Shown: positions 6,822-15,001, counted from the stretch's first letter. The stretch is 15,596 nucleotides of DNA from Gloeobacterales cyanobacterium (GCA_038245785.1 JBBRSB010000049.1:1-15596), one strand, 5' to 3'. Program-made: numbers and translations. Notes: generated by a model not told the origin, from the sequence alone.

Positions 6822-8021
6822 CTAGGTGCTTCCATATTGCTTTATGAGGAGCTGTAGACCACCTATCGAAATGCCGGACTTTTCGCAGGCTTCATTTAAG
6901 TTTTTAGACTCCACCAGTGAATTGATGAGAACTCCCAGTTTTTCCCGCGTTCTCCCCTTGTCCAGTTTGTAGACATTTGTATTAAGACTAAGGAGTTTAG
7001 TAGCAGGAATAGAGGTTCCATCCTCTAGAGGAATCTGAATAGTTTTCAAGATTTTCTCCGGCGAGGGTTGGGCTGAAATAGCTGCTTCAGGTGCAGGTAT
7101 ATTGCTTTGCAGTGTGGGGTCAACTCCCTGGCCCTGGGGGTTCCCCTGGGATGATTTTAAAGAATCTATTTGGGCTATGAGCTTATCTGCTTCTTCGTCT
7201 TTAGCTATATTCTGCCCCTCGGTACTAAGGGGCACTGCTAGCCTTTGGGTTGCGGCCTGGACGTTGGTATTTGGTGATTGGTCTCTTTGCTCTGTTCTCG
7301 CCGCCAAGGACCCTGATTTCTGTGTTGGTGCTGGTAGGGTAGGTACTTGCTCTGGTTGAAGATTTCTGGAGAGTTTTTGCGGGTAAGTACCCGTCGCCGA
7401 TGGAGGTAAAGGCAAAATTCCTAGAGGTTGGACAGGCTTAGAAAACGTAGGCATACCCTTCTCTGCTAGAGTGCTATTCGGATTACTCCCCTGTGGTGTC
7501 AAGATTTTTTGAGAGGGGATTGATGAGTTTGTCTCGACAGTAACTTTTTGTGCAGAATTCTCAGTCTTTTTCTGACTGCTAGATTGTGGCTGTTGCACCG
7601 CCTGTTGAGTTGTTGAAGGTGCTGGAGCTGGTGTAGAATTCTGCGCAACTCGCTCTCTAACAATTTCTCTGACTATGGTTTGCCTTGGCTGGAGATTATA
7701 TCCAATCAAACCACCTACTAAACCCATAGCAGAAACTCCGAGCACAAATCCGATGGGTACCTGCTTTTTAAACATTTTCTCTAAAATAGGTTCAGGCTTA
7801 ATAGTTGTTCTCTTTTGCCCAGGTTCGTAAATCGTGATGCTGCTCTTCGCTTTTGATATCTTTATGTAGGCATCCCCTATGTCCAAAAAATTCTCTAGAT
7901 CATTCTCTTCTTCAAAGTGTTTGCTGCATAATCTTATATATGATTGTTTGACTTCATCCATGCTGGTATCAGAGTCAACACCCAAGATTTCATACGGGTC
8001 TTTACTAGGCATTATCATCAT
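6822..8021 (-). CDS. Membrane protein with a degenerate N-terminal J (DnaJ-like) domain
   Basis: KDPYEILGV...DEVKQSYIRL...F..I..AY..I matches a J domain but has HFE where HPD is expected. One TM segment (IGFVLGVSAMGLVGGLIGY), a long P/Q/S/T linker and a small C-terminal domain follow. A GAGGAG Shine-Dalgarno precedes the clustered ATGs, and the true start may be the second or third Met. Confidence 0.75.
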   Translation of the reverse strand: MMIMPSKDPYEILGVDSDTSMDEVKQSYIRLCSKHFEEENDLENFLDIGDAYIKISKAKSSITIYEPGQKRTTIKPEPILEKMFKKQVPIGFVLGVSAMGLVGGLIGYNLQPRQTIVREIVRERVAQNSTPAPAPSTTQQAVQQPQSSSQKKTENSAQKVTVETNSSIPSQKILTPQGSNPNSTLAEKGMPTFSKPVQPLGILPLPPSATGTYPQKLSRNLQPEQVPTLPAPTQKSGSLAARTEQRDQSPNTNVQAATQRLAVPLSTEGQNIAKDEEADKLIAQIDSLKSSQGNPQGQGVDPTLQSNIPAPEAAISAQPSPEKILKTIQIPLEDGTSIPATKLLSLNTNVYKLDKGRTREKLGVLINSLVESKNLNEACEKSGISIGGLQLLIKQYGST

Positions 8022-8205
8022 CTCCTCAAAGGTTTTTTAGTGAATTAGTCTGCGTTTATGTGGATACACTTTTTTATATCACTGGTTGAAAATATTCATT
8101 TGCACCTCCTCTTCTTGTCTCTATTTCTTTGGTCTTCCTGCTTTGGGCGTGCTGCTGATCATCAAGGCTGAGATGGCTTAGATTTTCTCTGTCACAATTG
8201 GCAGG

Positions 8206-8796
8206 TTATCTGTCAATGTTGAGAGGCTGGATACCTAGGGCTTCTAGCCAGGTGATATCTAAGGCCCATTGATGTTCACTCCTTTCTTGCCAGAGATTGA
8301 AACAGTTGAGGATGTAATCGTTAGTTTTTTGAACTGACCAATGATTAATAATGGCAAGGTGTTGCATGGCGATTTCACCCCGGCCTTGGGTATTGGCAAA
8401 ACCCATGTGTTTTACTTCATGACATGAGGGGCAGAGAGCGATTAATCCTTGGAGTTTTTGGATGTGGAGTTGGTCATCATAAGACCAGATTTCATGACAC
8501 TCTACGGGCCAATTGGTGCCCTTTCCACAGCAGACCTCGCATGTATACCCAGCTTTATGGAACGTTCTTTTCTTGAGAGTTTCCCAGATATCAGGGAGAA
8601 CATTGGAGCGTACATTGGAATACCAACAGGTTTTGGGAACCAGTTCAATCGAGAGGAAAGGGATCCATTTTGAGAAAAGTGTTCTATCTACATGGTCTGG
8701 AATATACCAACGTTTTCGTACAGGGTCCTGTCGTGCTCCGAGGACTCTTACTTCCTGCTCATTTTCTTTTGAAATATTGAGGTATTTGTTTCTCAT
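8206..8796 (-). CDS. DUF5710-like domain fused to a Zn-binding HNH endonuclease
   Basis: N-terminal YLNI...LGARQDPVRKRWYIP...FSKW, then LSIELVP...SNVRS, CEVC, ECHE.W and LCPSCHEVKH. Confidence 0.85.
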   Translation of the reverse strand: MRNKYLNISKENEQEVRVLGARQDPVRKRWYIPDHVDRTLFSKWIPFLSIELVPKTCWYSNVRSNVLPDIWETLKKRTFHKAGYTCEVCCGKGTNWPVECHEIWSYDDQLHIQKLQGLIALCPSCHEVKHMGFANTQGRGEIAMQHLAIINHWSVQKTNDYILNCFNLWQERSEHQWALDITWLEALGIQPLNIDR

Positions 8797-8850
8797 GTGA
8801 CTGTCTCAAGCGTGAATAATTCTTAACTAATTATTCCTCTGTATTCCTGC

Positions 8851-9054
8851 CTAGAGAATTCTTGGTGCCCATACACCTTCCACAAATTCTTCTCCAGTGC
8901 TATCTATTTTCCCTCCTAAATAAATGTGTCTATTTTCTCTTCTTTCCGAGCGGAGGTATTTTATGAATTTCCTTTTTTCAATTAACCAACGATATGTGTT
9001 TGGGATAAATAAGTTTAGTGGAAACCAGTACTGCCTAGGCTGTATATAAATCAC
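8851..9054 (-). CDS. Hypothetical protein
   Basis: 67-aa ORF whose GTG start overlaps the stop of the upstream small ORF (GTGA). No family recognised. Confidence 0.4.
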   Translation of the reverse strand: MIYIQPRQYWFPLNLFIPNTYRWLIEKRKFIKYLRSERRENRHIYLGGKIDSTGEEFVEGVWAPRIL

Positions 9055-9182
9055 CGAGTTCTTTCCTCTGTTCCAGGTTCCTCTGATTTCGCACGCTCCA
9101 GAAAAATATCTTGTGCTTTTCTGATTGCTCCTTGAAACGCTTCAGCATTCTCCGCTCTAACCGTAATACATTCTGTTTTCAT
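9051..9182 (-). CDS. Small hypothetical protein (43 aa)
   Basis: Read by hand: MKTECITVRAENAEAFQGAIRKAQDIFLERAKSEEPGTEERTR, with AAGGA upstream of the start. Confidence 0.4.
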   Translation of the reverse strand: MKTECITVRAENAEAFQGAIRKAQDIFLERAKSEEPGTEERTR

Positions 9183-9244
9183 CACTTTATTCCTTTTATT
9201 TCTTGGTGCAAGTTTATGTATCGACGAAGCAATTGAGAAGCAAC

Positions 9245-9412
9245 TCAGATTTCAGTCTTTGCTTTCCGAAATCCGAGCACCCAAAGAACCTTGTTTACTC
9301 TCCAGCCATTCTGCATGAAGAAGTCCTCCTTCGAAACCCAAAGTCCACTCTCCGCCACTACATCCTCCTCTGGCATATCAATCAGGGCTTCTTGATAAAC
9401 ATAAGCAGACAT
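9245..9412 (-). CDS. Small hypothetical protein or gene remnant (55 aa)
   Basis: Read by hand: MSAYVYQEALIDMPEEDVVAESGLWVSKEDFFMQNGWRVNKVLWVLGFRKAKTEI. No clear RBS. Confidence 0.3.
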   Translation of the reverse strand: MSAYVYQEALIDMPEEDVVAESGLWVSKEDFFMQNGWRVNKVLWVLGFRKAKTEI

Positions 9413-9531
9413 CTCAAACAGTCCGATCTGATGGAGGACGCAGCGAAGGCCTCGGCGCTGGGGGATAACCCTTGGACACTATTGCGCTACAGTCGCTAGG
9501 ATCATCAAAAGACATCAGAAAAGAACAGAGC

Positions 9532-9732
9532 ATGAACGACCACACCCAGAACGTCACCATTGAGGTGGAGTTTACCGACGCGCAAGCGAGGCACTTGGCG
9601 CAATTCCTCAAGCGCGTCGGTTTCTCGGAGTTCCTTAAGCACGCCCAGTCAGAGGACGAAGCTTATGCCATGTCCGATGCTGTCAGGCAGGTGCGGGCGG
9701 CGCTGGCAGCATCGGGCTACGCGGTTCGATGA
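9532..9732 (+). CDS. Conserved small helical hypothetical protein of mobile elements
   Basis: 66 aa from ATG 9532. The pattern TDAQA.HLAQFLKRVGFSE...DEAY.M..A..QVR.ALA..GYA.R is one I recall from small plasmid/ICE proteins. The segment is visibly more GC-rich than its neighbours. Confidence 0.7.
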   Translation: MNDHTQNVTIEVEFTDAQARHLAQFLKRVGFSEFLKHAQSEDEAYAMSDAVRQVRAALAASGYAVR

Positions 9733-9983
9733 AATATGGCTACGCCCGCGTCTGGTTTATCTACCATGGTTTGAGGAGTCTGGGGGGCACAGGTATTCGA
9801 TTGATTCCCATGATTCTCAGATTTCTAAGGGCAAGCCTTGAAATCTCAAAGCTCCTTATCCGATGAATTTGAAATACGGCAGAACATAGCAGAGCCTTCG
9901 AGAAGCTTTGTTTCTAGAACGGTTGTTTAGGAACGCCAATGGGTTATAACCAGCGCTGACAGTTGAATAGATTTTTTTGCTCT

Positions 9984-10169
9984 ATGGGTAAAGCAGGAAA
10001 AAGTATCCGGGCAATGGCCTGGGACTATAGATGGCAAGGTGCTGGCTCCTTGGCGCTGGCGGCTGGCTGTGTAGGCGCAACAGTCGGCTTACCAGTGCTG
10101 CTGAAATTCTCCCTTGCCGTTCCTCTTTATTTGTTTGGTCTGGGGGTAGGGTTAGGGCATGTAGTTTGA
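9984..10169 (+). pseudogene. Probable 5' fragment of a membrane-anchored (NERD-type?) protein gene
   Basis: MGKAGKSIRAMAWDYRWQ followed by two hydrophobic stretches resembles the N-terminus of cyanobacterial NERD-domain proteins (from recollection). It runs into the antisense of the ThiF tail and stops. Confidence 0.4.
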
Positions 10170-11129
10170 CTCTGCTTCACTTGATCTTTAGGGACACCTA
10201 CAGAATCAACATAACCACAGCTTTTACAAGTAAACTTTGATATGAAATCGAAAGGAAGTTCCAGCTTCCAATCTTTACTTAATCCTAATTTCTCTGCCAC
10301 TTGGTTTGGCGTATGCTCTAAAGTGAACTTAGGAAGTTCTGAATCTTGACAATCTGGAATTGAGTAGTGATCGGGGCATTCGCTATCCAAGCTATACTCT
10401 ACTCTACTGTGCGAAATCCAACTGGTTGGTTTACTGGCAGAACTAATTGTGTTCCCGGCTTAGCATTACTATTGTCTAGCAAAATCTGAACAAGTATTTC
10501 ACTTTGATAAGCAGCAACAATAGCAGCTGTCATAATTGTTGTCGCTAGTTTTGGTTCCTCATAGTTATCTTTCAGAAGTCCGCATGAATAACTTTCATTG
10601 AATCGCTCCCATGCTGATGTGTCCATCTTGCATCGATAGCAAGCGGTGTCAGGAACTCTGGGATCAAAGAGAGCCACATTCCCTGAATAGTGATTGATAC
10701 CACCGTCTATCCAAGGAACGCCAACGGAGTAGCATATCTTATTAAGAAGTCGCCTTGCTCTCACACTATCTAGGCAGCCTAGAACTACATCCATTTCACT
10801 GAGTAAACCACGACCAAAATCTGTTTCTAATTTCCCAATCACTGGGTGTATATGAATATCTGGGTTGAGTTCTTTGAGGCGTTGAGTAGCAACCTCAGCC
10901 TTAGATCTACCAATGTCAGATTCTCTAAATAGTACAGACCGCGTCAGATTATGAATTTCAATGGTGTCGTAGTCAACGACCCAGATATTCCCAATTCCAA
11001 GCAGTGCAAGATTTTGAGCACCTCATTTCCTAGTGCTCCGCACCCCACAACAGCGACTCTCGCTTCCGCTAGTCTTTCCTGTTTCCAGTTTGGGATGAGG
11101 CTATGTCGGGCATAACGTTCTTGAGACAT
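10127..11129 (-). pseudogene. ThiF/MoeB/E1-like adenylyltransferase, two frameshifts and probably 3'-truncated
   Basis: Three track ORFs join into one frame after adding one A in the run at 11012-11015 and removing a 5-bp tandem duplication at 10395-10404. The result reads VVGCGALGNEVLKNLALLGIG..VVDYDTIEIHNLTRSVLF..GCLDS..ACYRC..YSCGLL..CPDH..CKSC..TCP (332 aa). Confidence 0.9.
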
Positions 11130-11242
11130 GATACGACTTTGTGATTTTGCATTTTATTAGTACTCCCCAAAAACTTACATGTATAACTTACCTAAGCAAT
11201 TTAGCGAGGATCTTACTAAGCTGTCCCCACCGAGGACTTGCG

Positions 11243-11328
11243 GTATAACGGTTCGCTTGAGCGGCTGCGAGTATCTTACGCAATGCACAAGGATTTTTCA
11301 ACAGTTCACTCCAAGCGAATTGTTAGAC
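11243..11328 (-). other. attC: attC-like integron recombination site (86 bp)
   Basis: On the minus strand, R'' GTCTAAC begins 14 nt after the stop of the 219-aa gene and R' is GTTATAC. The inner stem is TTCGCTTG/CAAGCGAA, extended with two extrahelical bases on the bottom (+) strand. Confidence 0.85.
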
Positions 11329-12195
11329 GGCTTTTTACTCGTCTATCGTACTCTAATATCTCTTGAATCGCATTCTATAATGTCTATTGGAAGTTTACTA
11401 AGACCAATATATTTACTTGTTTCATCTTGTACCCACCAGTAATAATCACACAATATTTTTCCTGAGTCACCCACTACAGCAACAATAATCTTTGAATTTT
11501 TAGAATGAGTTTTTCCCACAAGGGCTATTCCATTCCAAGTTTTTTTGTCATTAGAAATGACTACTTGGCGCTGAGGGAAGTATAGAATTTTACTTCCATA
11601 GTACACATGAAATAGCCAGATAGATTTGTCCGAGGGAATCTCTACTTCAATCACACCGCTAACTCTTATTTCAGCAGCATTGAAACCTTCCCCAAGAGTC
11701 ATTTTGAAAGAAGTTAACTCAAAATTATCACCAACTATTTTAACTCCGTATATTAATTTATCACTACCCTTTGCATTTGCTTTCCTAGTTGGAAGAAGAT
11801 CCAGAAATGAAAGAATCAGAAGAATCCCAATACCAGCTAACTCTAATCTTCCAAATGGATCGTTTAAGTTAAAACTAAAAGACTGAATATCGAGCTTGTC
11901 TACTGCGGATACAACGATGAGTAGAACCCCTAAAAGTAGTGTCAGTAGTTGATGGTTTTTGACAATATTAGAAATTAGGTTAAATATTTGTTCTTTCATC
12001 ATTAATTGTCTTTAAGGTGTCATTTGATGATTAAGTAGGTGCAATCAGGATCAGAATAATCCCTGATGGCACAAGAATTTTGAACTATGCCATTTCATAT
12101 TGAATCTCATCTGTTCATCTAATTGATCTTGATGTGAAGATCCCGCAATTCTCCTAAAACTCACGTTGTTTTTAACAATATGCCAAGCCGTCTAA
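11249..12195 (-). mobile_element. Integron-type gene cassette (about 947 bp), no integrase in the window
   Basis: It begins at G^TTAGACGGCTT (12196-12185), the exact complement of its own attC inverse core AAGCCGTCTAAC (14-bp perfect IR, 11320-11333 / 12185-12198). It carries a single AT-rich ORF. Confidence 0.82.
11343..12002 (-). CDS. Cassette-borne protein: two TM helices plus a beta-rich soluble domain, function unknown
   Basis: 219 aa with LLTLLLGVLLIVVSAV and LAGIGILLILSFL hydrophobic helices. The C-terminal part has alternating beta-strand patterns. The DNA is strongly AT-rich. Confidence 0.85.
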   Translation of the reverse strand: MMKEQIFNLISNIVKNHQLLTLLLGVLLIVVSAVDKLDIQSFSFNLNDPFGRLELAGIGILLILSFLDLLPTRKANAKGSDKLIYGVKIVGDNFELTSFKMTLGEGFNAAEIRVSGVIEVEIPSDKSIWLFHVYYGSKILYFPQRQVVISNDKKTWNGIALVGKTHSKNSKIIVAVVGDSGKILCDYYWWVQDETSKYIGLSKLPIDIIECDSRDIRVR

Positions 12196-12246
12196 CAACA
12201 GTGTTGAGCTGCGAACGCTGTCGTCGGCTCTAATGCAGAGTTATGT
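12190..12246 (-). other. attC: Second attC-like site (57 bp)
   Basis: Minus strand ACATAAC ... GTTAGAC. The + strand folds 12201-12214 with 12221-12236 (three G-T pairs), leaving T12224 and T12231 extrahelical. Confidence 0.72.
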
Positions 12247-12306
12247 CGCCTGCCTGCAGGATACCCAAGCACTTTCTATATATAACAGGCCGATATAACT
12301 ACTATT

Positions 12307-12448
12307 TAGACTGAATTTTTCTACATATCCCCCCTATTTGGCTGATTAGGTAGAAATTCGTCCGCCTAATCAGCTCCTGGGAAGACTAGGTGGAAATAAT
12401 TCTGTCTATTCTGCTTATTTGGCTGATTAGGTGGATATTATCTGCCTA
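12307..12448. repeat. Four imperfect palindromes at 40-41 bp periodicity
   Basis: TAGACTGA-N5-TCTACATA (12307), TAGGTAGA-N6-TCCGCCTA (12347), TAGGTGGA-N6-TCTGTCTA (12387) and TAGGTGGA-N5-TCTGCCTA (12428). A 17-bp exact direct repeat TATTTGGCTGATTAGGT occurs at 12335 and 12416. Confidence 0.8.
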
Positions 12449-12449
12449 T

Positions 12450-12486
12450 CGCAGCCCTTGTCGGCTGCGCCTACCGGACACGACAG
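12450..12486 (-). repeat. Dispersed motif, copy 2 (inverted)
   Basis: Minus strand CTGTC-GTGTCCGGTAGGCG-CAGCC-GACAAG-GGCTGCG. Confidence 0.75.
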
Positions 12487-13250
12487 GCACGTGAGGCTTC
12501 GACGGTGAGCACGAGAGCTGCGCTTACAGCCGAACCGCTTACAGGAACCACAAGCTGCGGGGCATGCGCAGTCATTTTTAGATCAACCAACATCTTTCCA
12601 AAATGTAATAAAGAACCCCCCTTAAGGAGATAAGTTGCTACATGCCAAAATGGTAAGAATCACCAAGTATCTGGCTTAATACGCAGATATTTGAGGACAA
12701 ACATACTCAGCAAACATAGAAAGTCAATTGAAAGATCTTTCGGTAGAGTTTGTCAGGTTTTTATTAATTTTGACCTCCTCAAAATCTTATTTGTCATCCC
12801 TTAAAAATTCAAAATCCTAGTAAATTCAAGCGTTCCAGCCGAAAAAGACCGATAGAAAAATTGCAAGAAAATGCTCAAGCCCTTGTAAAATTTGGTGAAA
12901 ACGGTAGTTTACATGGAGCCTCAAACGCCAGTTTTCCAGTAATGCACAGCTTCAATATGTCCACACTTGACCGCTGAAACCCTTCTGTCATGTTGTTAAT
13001 ATCTAGGCACCCTAAAAATAAGGGGATTTTAGAGGGGCTGTAGCTGCGCAAGTGGCAGAGGACTATAGCCTGTGATTTTTTGTCCGCACCCAGATAGTCG
13101 CCGGGACGAGAGTTCGGAGGGAACCTCATGAAATTGAACGTTCTTTAGTTCTTCTCTTTCGATCTTGGCCAGATGAACTTTCTAGCGGATAAAGAATTCA
13201 GAGAATCTATGTTTCATCCGCTGATGACACGAGGGCACACCTGTATGCAG

Positions 13251-14042
13251 TTAGCAAATGCTCAGCTGAACTATGACGGCTGAGGTATCAACATCCTGTG
13301 GGTATTTGACCATTGCGTGGCAGTATTTTCGGCATCCGCATGAAGAGCAATGCTCTCCGGGGGTTGCCTGAAATTCTTGGTCTGTTGTTAGTCTTAGGGC
13401 TAGTTCTTCTATTTTCTTTTTCGCAATCTCTCTTTGCTCAGCCCTCGTCTCGAAAGTGAGGCTTTCTCCCTTTTTGAGGTAGATATGACTGACCTTCATC
13501 AGTCTTTGCTGGTAATTTTGGTCTAGAGCGATTTGCATCAGCCCCAATTGAAGATCCAATTCTAGTTGCTTCGGCGTGAGCATCGTCTTGCCAAGTTTGT
13601 AGTCGATGAGGTGCAGAGCAGCCCGATTGTCTCCTGTAGGTAAGCTGTCGAGGCGGTCAAAACGGCCTCCAATCTTAAATCCAATGCCACCCATATAGAG
13701 GTTGCCTTCTATTTTTCCCTCACACGCAAGGGGAAGCCTCCAAGGCAGATCTTTAACGAATTTTTCATAATATCCTTTCAGATAATCCAACCCGCGCACT
13801 CCATCCTCTCTTGGTAATCCTTCCCTCAAGGAGCAGGTTTGCCAAATATTTTCTAAATCCTTTAGCGAGGGTTTTTCCCTCCATTCAGGCCATTGATGAA
13901 ATTCTGCTAAAGCCGCATGCAAAGCTTTTCCCAAAGCCGCTGCCCCCATTCCACCTGAGCCCACTCGTTTGTGGTAACGAAGGAAATACTGGTTCGGGCA
14001 TCGGCTATAGCTGGTAAGTTTAGTCGCTGATAGAGAAAGCAT
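13251..14042 (-). CDS. RecB/AddB/Cas4-like PD-(D/E)XK nuclease with a four-Cys cluster
   Basis: LSATKLTSYSRCP, LGKALHAAL, GRFDRLD, LIDYK and QLGLM (QxxxY variant), with C-terminal HCSSCGCRKYC. Confidence 0.9.
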   Translation of the reverse strand: MLSLSATKLTSYSRCPNQYFLRYHKRVGSGGMGAAALGKALHAALAEFHQWPEWREKPSLKDLENIWQTCSLREGLPREDGVRGLDYLKGYYEKFVKDLPWRLPLACEGKIEGNLYMGGIGFKIGGRFDRLDSLPTGDNRAALHLIDYKLGKTMLTPKQLELDLQLGLMQIALDQNYQQRLMKVSHIYLKKGESLTFETRAEQREIAKKKIEELALRLTTDQEFQATPGEHCSSCGCRKYCHAMVKYPQDVDTSAVIVQLSIC

Positions 14043-14086
14043 GGTTTCTGGTCTAGGGTATATATCCTTTGCACCTGCCGGACATG

Positions 14087-15001
14087 CTAGTTGCGACTGC
14101 CAAAGCGCTCTAGCAACTCCTCACGCGATAGATTCGTCAGTTGGAGCATCAACCCCGCAAGCTCTGCATCCGAAAGCTGGGCCATCGTGGGAATAAGACT
14201 AGCCATTTCTGCGTCTACAGTCCCAAACCGATTTAATAGGAATGCCTCCACCAGTTTTCGACTCCGTTCCTGTTCTCCTTGCTGAATTCCTTTTAGTAAA
14301 GTCTCTTCCTTCCATCGCTCATAGACAGGTGACAAACTCATAATTAACCCCCTTTCATCCTTGTTTAAATTTTGACGTGCCTGCAACGATACGCGCAAGT
14401 TTGCTAACTGCTCTAAGGTATGGCGTCTGAACGGGTGCTCAGCAGGGAGGGCTACCAGTTCTGTCACTGCCTGACTCTGGACCGTTCCCCGACCCAATAA
14501 CCTTAACCATAGTGTATCCGCGCTGACAGGAAGCTGGTGAATACAGACCAACGCACACCCCAGATGAGCAGCAAGAAAATACATGCCCTTCGGCCAGTCC
14601 TCTTTCTCTACGGCTCCCAAACCTTGCCATACCCTCTTTGAAACGGTGGGGGTCAAAATCCACAATCTGGGTACATCTGCTTCTGCCAATTGGCTTTTCT
14701 GGCGCTTTGCTTGCCGGAGCAGTTCTATCTCCACATCAAACAGCTTTCCCATACAACCGCGCACATCTACTGCTTGGACTGGATTGCGAAAAGGTTCTAT
14801 CAAACAGGGACCTTGAACCATCCGGCCCAAAAGACCTAAAACCTGTCGTGCTTCTGCTGTACTGGCTGGATTGGGTTCAAACCAAACATCTACTTGACGG
14901 ACTTCGCTGGTAATCTCTCGACTGACCAGAGGTTTCCCAAAAGGTTCTAGAAACCCTGACATACATTGCTTTGCAAACTGGTCATGCGGTGTGCGTGTCA
15001 T
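14087..15001 (-). CDS. Rpn/YhgA-like PD-(D/E)XK-fold protein of the cyanobacterial 'HDQFAK' type
   Basis: MTRTPHDQFAKQ, EVRQVDVWFEP, LIEPFRN, HQLP...TLWLRLLGRG, and a C-terminal KGIQQGEQ...LLNRFG tail. Confidence 0.8.
   Translation of the reverse strand: MTRTPHDQFAKQCMSGFLEPFGKPLVSREITSEVRQVDVWFEPNPASTAEARQVLGLLGRMVQGPCLIEPFRNPVQAVDVRGCMGKLFDVEIELLRQAKRQKSQLAEADVPRLWILTPTVSKRVWQGLGAVEKEDWPKGMYFLAAHLGCALVCIHQLPVSADTLWLRLLGRGTVQSQAVTELVALPAEHPFRRHTLEQLANLRVSLQARQNLNKDERGLIMSLSPVYERWKEETLLKGIQQGEQERSRKLVEAFLLNRFGTVDAEMASLIPTMAQLSDAELAGLMLQLTNLSREELLERFGSRN

Noticed and set aside
9909..9936. Possible second res site I (TTCTAGAACG-GT-TGTTTAGGAA)
   Set aside because: Only about 6 of 13 positions are complementary and there are no accessory repeats nearby.
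9935..9960. GGTTATAACC considered as an attC end closing a ThiF cassette
   Set aside because: There is no attC-like hairpin, and it is not the complement of the GTTATACCGC core that would start that cassette.
12307..12448. CRISPR array interpretation of the periodic repeats, given the Cas4-like nuclease nearby
   Set aside because: The 40-bp period is too short for repeat plus spacer, the units are degenerate, and no cas1/cas2 or effector genes are present.
12875..13129. 84-aa minus-strand ORF
   Set aside because: No motif or clear RBS. It is probably a chance ORF in the non-coding region.
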